DNA of 64,000 nucleotides, taken from the NCBI GenBank assembly GCA_030704615.1, contig CM060733.1, positions 33,790,001 to 33,854,000 on the forward strand. Direction: 5' to 3'. Below are positions 51,812 to 64,000 of this stretch, in pieces. This DNA comes from Takakia lepidozioides (lineage: Eukaryota > Plantae > Bryophyta). The number at the start of each line of letters is the position of its first letter. The stretch's first letter is position 1. Made by a program: the position numbers and the translations under genes. A model generated the notes under the pieces. It did not search any database. It saw only the letters and a list, made by a program, of their open reading frames with translations, and had not been told where the DNA came from.

Positions 51812-52853
51812 CCCTACCCCAAGGCTAAGATTGCTCTTTTGCGTCTGATCCGGCTTATGGGTTGTGCATGTTTCTGCCCTTGTCTGTTCGCTTGCGTCTA
51901 ATCTGGGTTATGGGTTGCGTGTAGAGAGACAACAAGACGTCCCCTGTGGAGAAAGAAGCTGTTGCAAAGAGAAAGGAAACGAGGGACACAGAGCAGATCT
52001 TAATAGAGAGGTGCCGTATCTCGTCCCACAAAACAAAAAGTAAAAGCACTCTTTTTCCACCTGCCACTCACAGTCCTCTCTTACCCCACCCACCCCACTT
52101 ACTTACGGCTCCTCCACTGATTTTATTGAAGGTTTGCAGCCATGGCGGTGCAAACTGAGGAGACAAGTGCCAGGAGAGCAGCTAGTCGTATGAGAGCTCA
52201 GATCCTTCTCCTCATACGAGCACCTCGTGAGGAAAATCCTAGAGATTCTGCCATATTTTGACCCACCATACCTTCCAGCTTCTTTGGAACTGCCACCTCT
52301 ATTTGCACTGATGCAATTCGTCCATGCTAAGTATTGCTGTTTTTGGTTGGGACCCACCCAAATTGGTGGATTCCATTTCCACGAGATTCTCTCACAAAAC
52401 CTGCTGATTGACACGTTTTTTGAATATTTTTGGAAGGAAGGAAGGAAAGAGAAGGGGACAGCACTGTTCACGAAGCAGACATGTGCTACGTAGTGTGAAT
52501 GACTGGCAAGCGGCACGCCATTGACACACGATTGTGTCAACGTCACACACCACCGCATGCTTGTCCATTTATATCATCCCATATTTGGCGAATTCATCCA
52601 CTATTTATTTATTTTTTGGAGAATTTTGGCGATTTCATCCATGAAAAAACGGGGAATTTATGACAGAAATTCCGTTTTTATTAAAGGTCGAAAACTGGCG
52701 ATAAATCGCCAATAAACAGACACGCTTCTATCCAACTACATACTACCATTTTTGTTTTGTTTTTGAGAACAAGGGGACATTTTAATTTGACTAATAGATG
52801 TCCCATTCATTTAAAAAATAGTCATGAAAAACTAAAATATGTGTTCATTTTAA

Positions 52854-54439
52854 CCCTTAACTTCCTGCATGGTTCATTTTTTGACACCTAACAATTACTA
52901 CCCATGCTCAGTAAAATGAGGCTAACTACCTATCAGAAATCATCCAGAAAAATGGACCTTACACATAGGTACGCACCAATGTTGGGCGGTTATTTAATCT
53001 CGTCTCTAGTAACAGTTGGTTATCTATCCGGTTATATATATATATAACCGCAGGAGATGAAAATTTGAAATAACCGATCCCGTTAGGAACCGACAGAGTG
53101 TAGGCATACAAATAACCGGTCCCAATAGTAACCGGCAGAGACCAAAATTTTAAAAATTGATGTAGACAACCAGTTGGGTATTTTTTAAGTGCACGGTTAT
53201 GAAAAATTAAAATTAAAAAATGAGTGGTCTAATATATGAATATATATATGGGGTCTAATAACCTAAGGTTATGAGTGGTGGTTCTCAGGTGTGAGTCCTT
53301 GGCTAAATTTGTGAATGAGCTTGCCAGGCTTCATATTTTGAAGCACATTGAAACATTATGATGGGACATTGTATTTTGAAATCCCCATTGATGAGCCCCA
53401 TTCATTTAGTAATTTTAGATGCATGTGTATATCTAAAATATATCTACAGGCCTGCTCTATTGTACTAATGCAGGCTTGAAAATATATTTATGATTGATAC
53501 AAATTTCAGCTATAATTCTATATTACTTTTTAAGTAAATAAATAAATATACATAACCAGTTGTATAACCCTCAGTTATAGCAAAAATGTAACCGGATTTA
53601 TGGATACCCGGCCAAAAACACATGTCACTCTTAACCGCAACCGGAAGGTTATTAGAAAGTCAACAAACTGAAAGAACCGGCCTACTAGGTTATTTCAATA
53701 TTGAGTTCCAATGTAACCGCAATCTGAAAAATATAAATAACCGCCCAACACTGGTACGCACCTGGCGCCTGCATGCACTGAACTTGTTTCACCGTCAAAT
53801 ACGGTAGAGTATATGGTTTTAGAGAGGACGGATTATTTGTTTCTGTTTTTGAAAACATGGTTTTTTAGCCTTGACCAACTAATTTGAGAGGCTTTTAGAT
53901 TTTTGTGGAGTGTTTATTTTATTCCACAGATTCCTAATCTTTGGTAGGAATGCCATGTCCATGCAAAAAATGAGGGGCAAAAGTCAGGTTTAGTATGGGG
54001 GTGCTTTGTATGTGTTTATGGGGGGGTTCAAATTACCTTCATTACAAAGATTTGGCCTCCACAAGATGTTATGAAATATTGCTCAAATTCAAAATCCAGT
54101 GACTCTCTTCATACCTACACCTTGGTCCAAATTATGCCCACATCCAATGGTAGAAATTGACCCCCCAAGTGGCCTGAAATGTTGTCCAATCATCATTGGC
54201 CATGTACAAATCAACTCTGCGCGGCCTCCCTCCATGCAAGAGCATTTCTGACCCGCTGGGTTTTGCAAATTTGTGGACATGGAAGACTTTCTCCAAATGG
54301 CATGCTGCCAATTGGAGATGATTTGCCATGTTGTTAGGTCATTTATTGCTGAAGAAACGACCTAAAAATATTAAGATCTATAAAAGTTACGTTAATATGT
54401 TTTATGAAACCCGAAACGGGTTTCATAGGAAGTTAAGGG
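52854..54439. mobile_element. piggyBac-like non-autonomous element (family 2), carrying a nested hAT MITE
   Basis: TTAA at 52850-52853 and 54440-54443; perfect 13-bp TIR CCCTTAACTTCCT; subterminal palindrome cccgaaacggg at 54410-54420. Confidence 0.85.
52977..53753. mobile_element. hAT-type MITE, 777 bp
   Basis: TIRs caatgttgggcggttattta / taaataaccgcccaacactg; perfect 8-bp TSD gtacgcac (52969-52976, 53754-53761); many internal taaccg/cggtta subterminal motifs. Confidence 0.92.
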
Positions 54440-55005
54440 TTAAGTTACCAGTCATTTTGTGTTTGTTTAATGATGTTGCGTCGCTTTATGGTTTGTGTGG
54501 AAGGGTTATTTTTCCCTGTCACCTTTTAATTTGATCAACAAGGCGTCCGTCCCCTTTTATTATTTTAACTAAAAAGTCCTTCAAATAAAAATTCCTCCAA
54601 CTGGAAAAGAAAAGTTTATATTAAAGTTTGTTGGTCCTGCCCTTCACGTAGGGACTATGCATGAACTTGGAGTGCTACTTGACGTGGGTTGTTCCGTATT
54701 GAAACTTCTTGGGAACATATAGTTTGATTAAGATTCCCGTTTATTATTGGTTTTCTGTTCTTTATATACATTTGTTCTTGTATTTCGAAGAATGACATCT
54801 TAAATCATGGCTTATAAAAAAGATTGAAGTTGTAACACGTTGGAGAGTAAAATCATATAGATACAAAATCTTTATCCACGGGGTACATGTTCTCCTCGAT
54901 GCAACGTCGAAATCGAGTAAACCCAAATGCATCGTGGAAGTAATTTGGAGGTGCATAAAAATCACGTCGAATGAACACAGCACAACCAATGTCACATTAA
55001 ATTCT

Positions 55006-55032
<27 letters not shown>
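55006..55032. repeat. (TG)13 microsatellite
   Basis: Seen directly. Confidence 0.95.
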
Positions 55033-55039
<7 letters not shown>

Positions 55040-57129
55040 GTTGTTGTAGATATAGGGCCCACCCCTGAAAGGGGTTGTAGCCGCAAGGAGAAATGGCTCC
55101 TAGTTACGCCAGCTCTAACCGGGGTCTTCTCTCTCTTGTTGTAGACCCTTTACACCCTCCTCTTCATTGTAGCACTGTTGGATAGGGATCCCTGAACCCT
55201 CCCGTTGCATAGCTGTCGCAAGACATCTCTCTTGCACTCTATCTTGGCTATGCCTCTCTCTTGCTAACTCTCTTATCTAACTGCCACCAGCCAATGCCTC
55301 CAACTCCCCCACCCTCACACCCTGTAGCGTCATGACATTCTAGAAGATTTGTCACGTTAGCACTTGCATGCAGCCGCCATATGCAATTGTCACTTTTTAC
55401 TAGGCATGCAACAGCCATGTGGGGCCCGCATGCAATAGCCACCCTTTGGAGCGAAGTCGGAGAGCCCTCTTAGAAGTCCACCATGCTTTGGCTGTTTTGA
55501 TTTTTTGAACGACTTGGGGTACATTTGTTTCATAGAGACTTACTGGTACAATCGTCCGTGGGTACGAATGCCTTTGGAGGATCTGTTGTCCCAACCCTAA
55601 GACCCTACCTCTACAAACAACATAGTATATGCAATTAAGATAGTGACATTTCATTAGAGAGAACCCAATCTCGCTTGTCATGTCCAGAGCTACCATCCCC
55701 TCTTCATGCTCTTCCCATTCTCTCCTCCCATGACCCATTATTCAAAGGGGTTACTTGAGGATGTCAAATGAAATGATTTCATCATCTAGTGTTTTGCTAC
55801 ATTCTTATTCAAGAGATTATCCTAAGGTGTTACAATATATCCTAGACCTTATCATCTTAAAGGCCACAAACCGAAGACCGAGAAGTATTTGCTGGATTCT
55901 TGGTGGCAACATCTAGATCACTTAATGGAGGTACCAATTGCCTACCAAGACTGAAGGCAGGTAGGTGTAATGAATTTACAGATTGTCAAGAGAATTAGCT
56001 TGCATGATACTACACTTGGTAAAGTTCACGTAAACAAAGACTTGATAGGGTAGTCTATGATATACCCTCGAGGTCATAGTCCCTGTTCACTACAAATTGC
56101 CTGGATCCACTACAAGTATATCCGAAGCATAGCTAACGATTTCTAAGGACTCATGCTCAAGCAACAAAATCTAATTACAAGATGACATTGATAATAAACA
56201 AGAAGAATAAAATACACAAATGAACAATGAGAGAGGAAGTAAAAGGGGTGGAATACCTGATCCTTGGACATTATGCTACTCATGAAACCGGAAAACACGG
56301 TGCAAGCTTGGTTTAACGAAGCTTGGCAATTCATTAGTGCCCCCAAAGTGCCTGGGTCTCCCACCCAACACAGTTCACCACCGGGCTCATTAGGACCCTC
56401 CAATCCCACATTTGTTTCAACTTCAACTCTTACAGCAGAAGTTAAAACATCCATATTACACACCTAAATCACCGACCCTGCTCCAATATACCTCACGTTA
56501 GTACACACATGCATTATTTAAACCTCACCTACTGCCACTTTTTTGCGCAAATGGCACAAAAATCTAACCCAAGCATTAAGAACCTTAAAGACAAAACTAA
56601 CGGCACCCCTCTCCCAAAAAAATATCTACAAGCGCCATATCCATCCATCTTCCCTACCTTATCATAAACATCAATTCACATTAGTGCATACTCCATCAAA
56701 AATAGCTGCCGCCAGAGTCATTGTCCCAACATTCGATACAAGAGCTCCAGCTCAGCCAACAAAATCACACATGCATCATACACATCACCGAAGGCCACTC
56801 ATCTGGATAACTTATAATGAGTCACCCCTCTATATTGCAACTCCAAAAACTTCTACATGCAACTCAACACCAATAACTTGGAAATCGTGCTTGAACCAAT
56901 CACTCCACCACCAGGCTTTTCAAACGATCACAATGTCGGAGTCGTAGTCCTTGGCATTCAAGAACAACATGGATGCACTCCTACTTAGTGACTCGCTCCC
57001 CAAGGATACCGCGCAATCTCTGTCAGCCAAGTGCAAGATCACCTTATGTTTGTGAGTGCAAAGTGTAAGGATTAGTTTTGCACTTGTATGTGCCCATTAC
57101 CACTGGGCTACATGCTGGTTGTTGTACTT

Positions 57130-57310
57130 TAGCGACATCTAGCCCAGTGGTAAGGGCAAAAACCGCTTCACAAGTAAGTGGTTGTGGGTTCAACCCAGAT
57201 GTTGGATGTCATAAAGGTGTCCACCTTCCACCGAAAGGCACTAGCACTTTGGGGTCAAGTGACACCATAATTTACGCTGCTTCGGCAATGCGTCCACATT
57301 TATTTGTACT
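57130..57310 (+). mobile_element. tRNA-derived SINE (same family as 37305-37460)
   Basis: A-box tagcccagtgg at 57140, B-box ggttcaaccc at ~57187, shared body. An inverted 5' fragment (gtgcccattaccactgggcta) lies just upstream at ~57090-57110. Confidence 0.72.
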
Positions 57311-57955
57311 TAGCAAAGTAGAATGGGGCTTTGTTATGTAGCTTAAATTTTGTAGATACTTACTTGGAGCTACAGGGTGCTATCTGCACTAATTTTTAGG
57401 GTTTGGATGGTCAGAGTAAGTACTTGACAATCAAGAATTTTCAACTAGTGTTGTGCAATATTGATAACATGGCTCTTTATGGCTGTGATCTTTAGCATGC
57501 AGTCCCTTGAACATCCCCACTCTGGTGAAATCTTTACGACGCTCTCAACGTAAGAAGAGTTCCTGAGCATGCCATCCCAGCTTCTGCAAAGTTTTCCCAT
57601 ACAATGTCCCCACTGAACACACAGGCTCGAGCAACGAAAACGTGAGGGGTAGGGGAAATCCAGAGCTTCCTTTAATGCTGGCCCGCACTATAAGCAACAG
57701 CACGATTAGATATTTAAGTTACAAAATGAAGGGTTTGAGAAGGCTCCAAGGCGTTCCGTGATAGAAAGACTACAACAGCAGTATCCACGTAGTCTAGTTT
57801 CTAATGCTCTCGAAGCGAGTCTGGTTGTAAACTTCGTACAACTGTGGTAGGAGGATGGCCTTTGAGCTATCAGTATATCAACTACTAGGAATGAATAAAT
57901 TGTCTTAGTAAGCATCGTCCAGATCTTGGATGGATATGTAGGAAGTTTGTGATGG

Positions 57956-58718
57956 TTAGTGAGAGGCCGCAGTTTCAAGGTGCTTGAGATTTGCCCTATA
58001 GAAGTTGCTCATGAAAGTGGTTAGCTCCTCGTAAGTGGCGTTAGCGACTGGATTCACCTCGTATGACCAGTTCACCAGTGTGTTGCCTTCCCCTCCGTCT
58101 CGCATCTGTACACAGCATGTCGTTAAAGGGAAGGAGACTAGTTGAATATCTTCTACATTTACAGCATTTTAGTAGAAATACTACCGACAAGGTAGCTCAG
58201 TAGATGGAGCACAGAGCACACAAGCATACAGTGGAATTTATTCTACCTGCAGATGCATTCGTGATAATGTTAATCATAACTTCCAGGGGAAACGAAAAGC
58301 ATCTGTAACATATGCTATGAATGACAGACCTTCATAGAACCATTCAACAATTCGCCAAAAACTTGAAGTTAAGAGGAGGTTAAGAGGAGTCTGAAATTAC
58401 CTCGACATGGGAAATGTAGCCATGCAAACCCTGTTCGAACGCAAAGTGGTTATCCTCCATGGCGTATGACATGCAATGCCTCTCATTGTCGATGGTCAGC
58501 AGCCTTTCATACACCCAAAACTCTTGACTTTCAGCGAAGCGCAACAACCCTGGGCGACCATCCTCACCTCTCACCTTCTCACATTTAGTTACCCCTGGAG
58601 CCCACTTCTTTAAGCCGCAAAAATCAGACTGTATGGCCCATACTCTACTAAGGGGAGCAGCAAGATATTCCTGGACCGAGCCACGCCACTTGGCAGGTGG
58701 AGAAACCAACTCTGCCAT
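57956..58718 (-). CDS. Polyketide cyclase/dehydrase and lipid transport (SRPBCC, Polyketide_cyc2; lachrymatory-factor-synthase-like) protein, 2 exons, ~155 aa
   Basis: Exons 58401-58718 and 57956-58105. Motifs KWRGSV, APLSRVWAIQSDFCGLKKWAPGV, GEDGRPGLLR, WVYERLLTID, CMSY, TLVNWSYEVNPV and a C-terminal helix. Confidence 0.9.
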
Positions 58719-59385
58719 TGCTTAAATTCCTGCAAAGCTCCTTGCTTGTTTGCACTCGGACAAGATTATAACAGTCGAACAGCTCAGAATATGTAGCTGC
58801 GATACCCAGCACAGGATATGAATCTGAAATTAGAGTTGGTGCAATTTGTACGCAAAACAATGGCCTTACTTATAGTCTATGAATAATTTCTCCACAATAA
58901 CAGAAAGTCCTGGAGAAGCGAAGCCGAGATTGCAAACATCTGCTGCTGAAGGCCAGTGGCATCGCACGATGGACGAGACAAGAGACAAGACGATGGTGAA
59001 GCAGAAAGGGGAAAATAAACAACTTCTGAGGCAAAGGAGGCGAGTCAACCTGACGTCATTGACACTAGCAGTGCGCTAGATGTGGACCAACCCAGGATTG
59101 ACTGTGCACAGTCTAGTTTTGGGTGTGGGGTCCTTCCACAGAAAATCCATGAGATCTGCCTCTGTATGTACTATGTACCATCCAGCCTTTGACCCAAAAA
59201 CGCATGCAATTTTGACCTTGGATTCCGCCTCGCTCCTTCCGTCGCTGCTTCCCCACCAAGACAAGACGGAGAGACAATACTTAAGGGGACCAAAATATCT
59301 CCTCTCTACACAATGTCCCAATAAGTTTACCATATGTGAGGCCTAAATGTGAGCCTGGTCTCTGCCCTAGCGAGGAATCCTCTGC

Positions 59386-59419
59386 AATTTCCTTAGAAAC
59401 GGAAGTTTCTAAGGAAATT
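59386..59419. repeat. Perfect 15-bp inverted repeat with 4-nt loop
   Basis: aatttccttagaaac-ggaa-gtttctaaggaaatt. Confidence 0.9.
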
Positions 59420-59562
59420 CTGGCATGTCAGATCAAGCTCTGTACGCTTGGAAATGGGTCCCGCTGTTGGTGACAGGACCACAGGACCACATTCATTAGA
59501 GGGAAGATAATAGGAATGAGGTAAGAACTAAGAACTTAATGCACTCCTGCCACCTTGATACA

Positions 59563-62500
59563 ATTTTTATTTTTATTTATCTATTTAAATAAAGAAGAAC
59601 GGAGGCCTCTTAGCTTTATATATTAGGACATAGAACGTCAGAGAAGTACAAGAGGAAAAAATAACCTCTACCAGGAAGACAATGCTTCGTGACCAAGTTT
59701 AACCCTTAAACGCCCAGTAGCCCGTTTCGGGCTTTTGGGTTTAAGAAAATCTGAATAACTTTTTGCATTCTCCATGGAATTGTGTGAAAAAAAAATATAG
59801 TGTTCTTGGGCACCTGGCACACCAAGATTCATTGCCCGATTGCCTCGGATCTGCCAAGTTGCAAAGAGGTCTCATCACGCAAAGGGGGGTTTCACGATTT
59901 TATAAAGGTAATTCTAGTTGTTTCATTCTTCACACGTGTGTGAGAGAGGGAGAGAAACATGGGATTTTCCCATGTTTGACCAAGTGGCAACATCACATGC
60001 ATTGACCAAATTGGATACTTTTTGGCTTGTTGGATGAGGGATCTCAAGAGGATGAAACCCTGCTAATTTCGCCTCAATCCCATTTGATCCCGTCACTCAA
60101 ATCTTAAAAAATTACCAAAAATGGATATGTTTCTCAAAAGGGCTCCATTAATGGGGCCCACATTCAACGGTGGCATTTTGTGGATCTGGGGCTGATTGGC
60201 CTCAAATTCGGCAGGTGGATGCAGGAGGAAGGTATGCACCTAATGTGCGGTCAAGTTCTTTAAAAAGTTAATTTTCTGAAAGATACACCTTTTTTTCACT
60301 TAAGGGGTCATGTTTTCTGAAAAAGTCAAACTATGGCACTGGGCGTTTAAGGGTTAAGAGAAGGGGGAGAAGAGAGGTCTTAGATCAAGGATAATCCAAA
60401 AACCAGGAGCCATAAACCAGTAAGAGTAGAGCCTGACAGCAGTGCCCCCAACCATCAAGATGCTTGAAGAGCCCTAGTGTGAGGCCCTCCCTTGGCCACT
60501 ACAAAACTGGAGAGCAGCTGAGCAGCTGGGCAAGGCCCAAACATCTCCTTATATCTACTATGCAGCAGCGTCAAGCAAAACCATGAGAACAACGAGGAAA
60601 TACCACAGAGAGCCACTCAGCAGACCTGCTGACCAATTTAGGCTACCAAAAGAGAGCGCCTTCGCTTTGCCCATCTTAAAAGATTTACGGTGCCTCCAAT
60701 TGACTTCTGGCTCATCCCCACCAAGGGGGGAGCGCATGGAGCTAAGAGACTCCTCCGGGAAGTTGTCATTCCATTAAACCCTCGATTCTGATAATTTGGT
60801 GCAGATCTTTCCTTGTTTGCCCCAAGATTGATCAAACTCTTGGAGGAGTTTATTACGCCTCCTCTCCCCACATCTGGAAAGAGCTGAACCCAGCACACCG
60901 CAAGCTTTCCGAGCCTCAGTCATGATGTCTGAATGAGTCATAAACAGTACAGACCTTACTGAGAACGGCTTACCTGAAAAAATCAGATCACATCTGGCCT
61001 TCCACACCCAAACCGGACATTTGGACCACAAATGACTTCCCTGAAAATTTAAAAGCAAAACAGCTATATCATTCCGAGGCACAAGGCTCCAAAGAGAGTA
61101 GAAAGTAGTCACAAAATGCCAAGCATGGCTGGCCCTTGGGCAAGAAACAAAGCAATGCTCCATGGATTCTGTATCTCCCCACGAATAAGAGGCACAGACT
61201 GGGGAAGAGTCAGGAAAGCAAGTTTTCAGAGGAAGGATCCGATTCACTAGAAACTTTGGCTGCACGGTCTTTACGCCAAACATCATTCCAAACACATTTC
61301 CAAGTAGATGGGCAGGATTGCAGGTGTCTCCACTTCGCTGTCCATTTAAGATCCATGGAAACCATCGGATTTAGCATAGAGTAACCCAACTTTATAGTAT
61401 AAGCAAAAAAAAAAGATCTAAGCCTATCCTTCCACCTCCACTCCCCGGGGTCGAATTGTAACAAGGCCAAAGGAGCCTGCAAGAACCACAAGAAGAACGG
61501 ATTTGTATGACAACCATTATCAGCGGAAGGATTCGCAACACCTTTGGCCATGCAAATGACCCGAATTGCAAAGCAAGCATCCTCTAAGACCAGGGCAGGT
61601 CTTGGAGAGTGAAGAATGCCTGAGTCCAAAACCCGGAAACACCAACCAGAACGGGATAATGCAAAGAAGGCTGCTGTAGAAGAACCGTTATCAAAGGATA
61701 ACCAGGCTGGGAGACCCCTTCTGTTGGCCGGGAAGGATGCAAAAGAAACCCAAGAAGATGGGAGATTTGCAGTCACTACATCCCATCCAGCCCTGATTCT
61801 TCTACGAGAGAGGGAGTCTTCAGCCACCTCCGCATGGATAAGAGAACCATTTTCCCATAAATGGAAAAAACTAGAGATACCCACCGCATCCCAAGCAGCC
61901 CACCTGGCTGAGCACTTAATCAACGTCTCTGACTCTCGATTGCCATTCCCAAACAGCAGTTGTCTGAGCACCTCCTCTGTAATGGTAGGTTTGGATTGCG
62001 TAAGATGACCCCTCATAGAGAACCAAGCCTGCCATATTGATCTCCAAGCTTGTGAGCCCGAAAGAGGCACGGAGTTTGAGGAGCCTCCCTGCACAACCCA
62101 TCTCAGGGAAGGAGGTCAAATTGAGGAAGGAGCTGGACGAGCCTTGAGGAGATGACCAAACCAGGAGACTCCATGGTGAAAGAGAATGAGTGAACACCGT
62201 TGGGATCCACTTGGCTAGAATGGCCGCAATCTGTGATTTAGGGTCTATAATACCAAGGCCACCATTACTTTTTTTTTGGGTCAACTGCTTCCAGCTCACA
62301 TGCGCTCTACGAGTCTGGCTAGGAGAGGAGGCCCCCCAAATGAAGTTCCGCATCATAGCTTTCATCTTTTTTATGAAGGCCTCGCTTGGCAACCAAACTG
62401 AAGAGCCAAACCAGCTAGAAGCCAACACAACTTGGTTAACAATAATAGCTTTGCCCACTATAGAGAGGTGTGCCGAGCACCGGTAGGCTAGCTTCTTCTT

Positions 62501-64000
62501 GAGGCTTGCCAGGATACCTTCAGCACGCAGAGCGTCAGAAAGGTCATGCCCAACCAAATGACCCAAGAGAACATGCGATTGGCCTTCCTGCAACCAAGAA
62601 AGACCGAGGGCTCCCCCCCAGGGGGCTGTATGGGCAGCCATCGTGGAGTCCTTTATCTTGGATAAAATCCCTTTAGACTTACTCCAGTTTATATTCAGAC
62701 CCGAAGCAGCACAAAATTGTGACAGAGCGAGCAGGGCCCGATCCACATTAGCCATAGTGTTGTTATCAATTAACAAGGAAGTATCATCAGCATATAGTGA
62801 GGATTTTATACTGTAATTTGGGATAGATAGGTGCTGGATTTTAAGCCCCACCACATCTGGCCTGATGTGTAGGAGATGGCTGAGGCCATCTGCAACAATA
62901 ATAAACAGAAAGGGAGATAGCGGGTACCCCTGTCTCACCGAGCGGAAAAGAGGGAAGGACCTTGAGATGGATCCATTAACCAACACCTTACTAGATGCTG
63001 ATTGAAGAAGAATGGTAATCCATTTGAGGAAGTTGCACGTTATACCACAATTTTGAATCGCCCCCAGCAGATAGGACCACTCAATATCGAAGGCTTTCTC
63101 GAAATCCAGAATTAGCATCGCTAATGGCTGGTTAGCTTCGAAAGCAGAGTGAAGAGCTTCATGAGCAAGCAAGGTGTTATCCAATATCATACGGTCCTTT
63201 AAGAACATTGTCTGCTCAGGTCTGATGAGCTTGTAGAGAAGCAGTTGAATCCTTAGGGCCAAGGCCTTAGCTATAATTTTGTAGACTGCATTTAGCAAGG
63301 TTATCGGTCTATAGTTGGAGATGGAATCACGGTCCCCCTTTTTGTGTATAAGAGTAATCACCCCTTGGCTAATCTGAGAAGGCATAATGCCTTTGAGAAG
63401 AATGTCTTCAGCAAAAGCTGTAAAATCATCCCCACACACTGACCAGATTGCCTGGAAAAGCTCCACTGGTAACCCATCTAACCCCGGCGATTTATACGAG
63501 GCGAGCTTTGACAACGCATCTGAGAGCTCGTTTGATGTGAAAGGGGCCGACTATCTCACCAGCTCTGATTCAGACACAATTGGAATGTAAGAAGAAAGCA
63601 CAGAGCTTCGGGAAGCCAAATCCTGCGGGGATGCAGTACGTGCTCCAAACAAGGCAGTGAAATGCCAGGCAACCAGGGAGGACATCTGCTTTGGGTTGGT
63701 GACCAGCAGCCCCTGGGCATTATTCAGGGATGCAATGGATGTAGCATCACGGCGTTGCCTAGCTTTAAGAAAAAAATATCTTGACATTTTCTCACCCTTC
63801 ATAGACCAATTGATGCCTGCTTCCTTCTCAAGTTCTCCTCCTTTGCATGAAGCAACTCTGCCAAGTTCCTTTTGGCTAAGTGAAAGGAGTCCCAGGTTTG
63901 GTTGTAGGCCCATCCCAACTCAATCACTTTCTGACACTGAGCTAGGCATTTGGTGAGAGCCTTTTCTTGCCTATTCCTTCCCATAGCATGTTGTTTCGAG
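59563..64000 (-). mobile_element. L1-clade LINE (ORF2, frameshifted), running off the window end
   Basis: KSPGLDGLP, NYRPITLLN, LDFEKAFD, VRQGYPLSP, LYADD in 61916-63514; zf-RVT-like C-terminus (ESMEHCFVSC, WVWKARC) in 60774-61295; A-rich tail at ~59563-59590. Confidence 0.92.
59703..60353. mobile_element. piggyBac-like non-autonomous element (family 3) inserted in the L1 3' region
   Basis: TTAA at 59699-59702 and 60354-60357; perfect 16-bp TIR CCCTTAAACGCCCAGT; subterminal cccgtttcggg at ~59721. Confidence 0.88.

Noticed and set aside
55040-56115. Solo LTR (TGTAG…CTACA)
   Set aside because: LTR-like composition and ends, but no matching TSD and no second copy or internal domain in the window.
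56543-56947. 134-aa ORF as a host gene
   Set aside because: Non-ATG start, no recognisable motifs, A/C-rich composition typical of decayed retroelement sequence.

Overview
Eukaryotic, intron-rich land-plant genomic DNA. The TE complement and gene style suggest a non-seed plant such as a bryophyte or lycophyte; this is an inference. Six spliced protein-coding genes could be reconstructed exon by exon with GT-AG introns and consistent phase: ALG5-like dolichyl-phosphate beta-glucosyltransferase (-), RPAP1/MINIYO (-), an Elongin-A-domain protein (-), a DUF1295 steroid-reductase-like membrane protein (+), an AVT6-like amino-acid transporter (-) and a Polyketide_cyc2/SRPBCC protein (-). The intergenic space is a dense, nested TE landscape. 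It holds an RTE/RTEX-like LINE with a 12-bp TSD inside the last MINIYO intron, two nested Ty3/gypsy remnants, an RLE-type (Dualen/RandI-like) LINE fragment, an L1, tRNA-like SINEs and hAT MITEs with 8-bp TSDs. The three most notable observations are: (1) three different non-autonomous elements with TTAA target-site duplications and CCCTTAA-initiated TIRs, a piggyBac signature unexpected in a land plant; (2) a gypsy element whose integrase ends in a PHD finger and whose 3' end has an A-B-A split-repeat (circularly permuted LTR) architecture; (3) a ~1.3-kb palindrome whose arms carry an RPA-like OB-fold exon.
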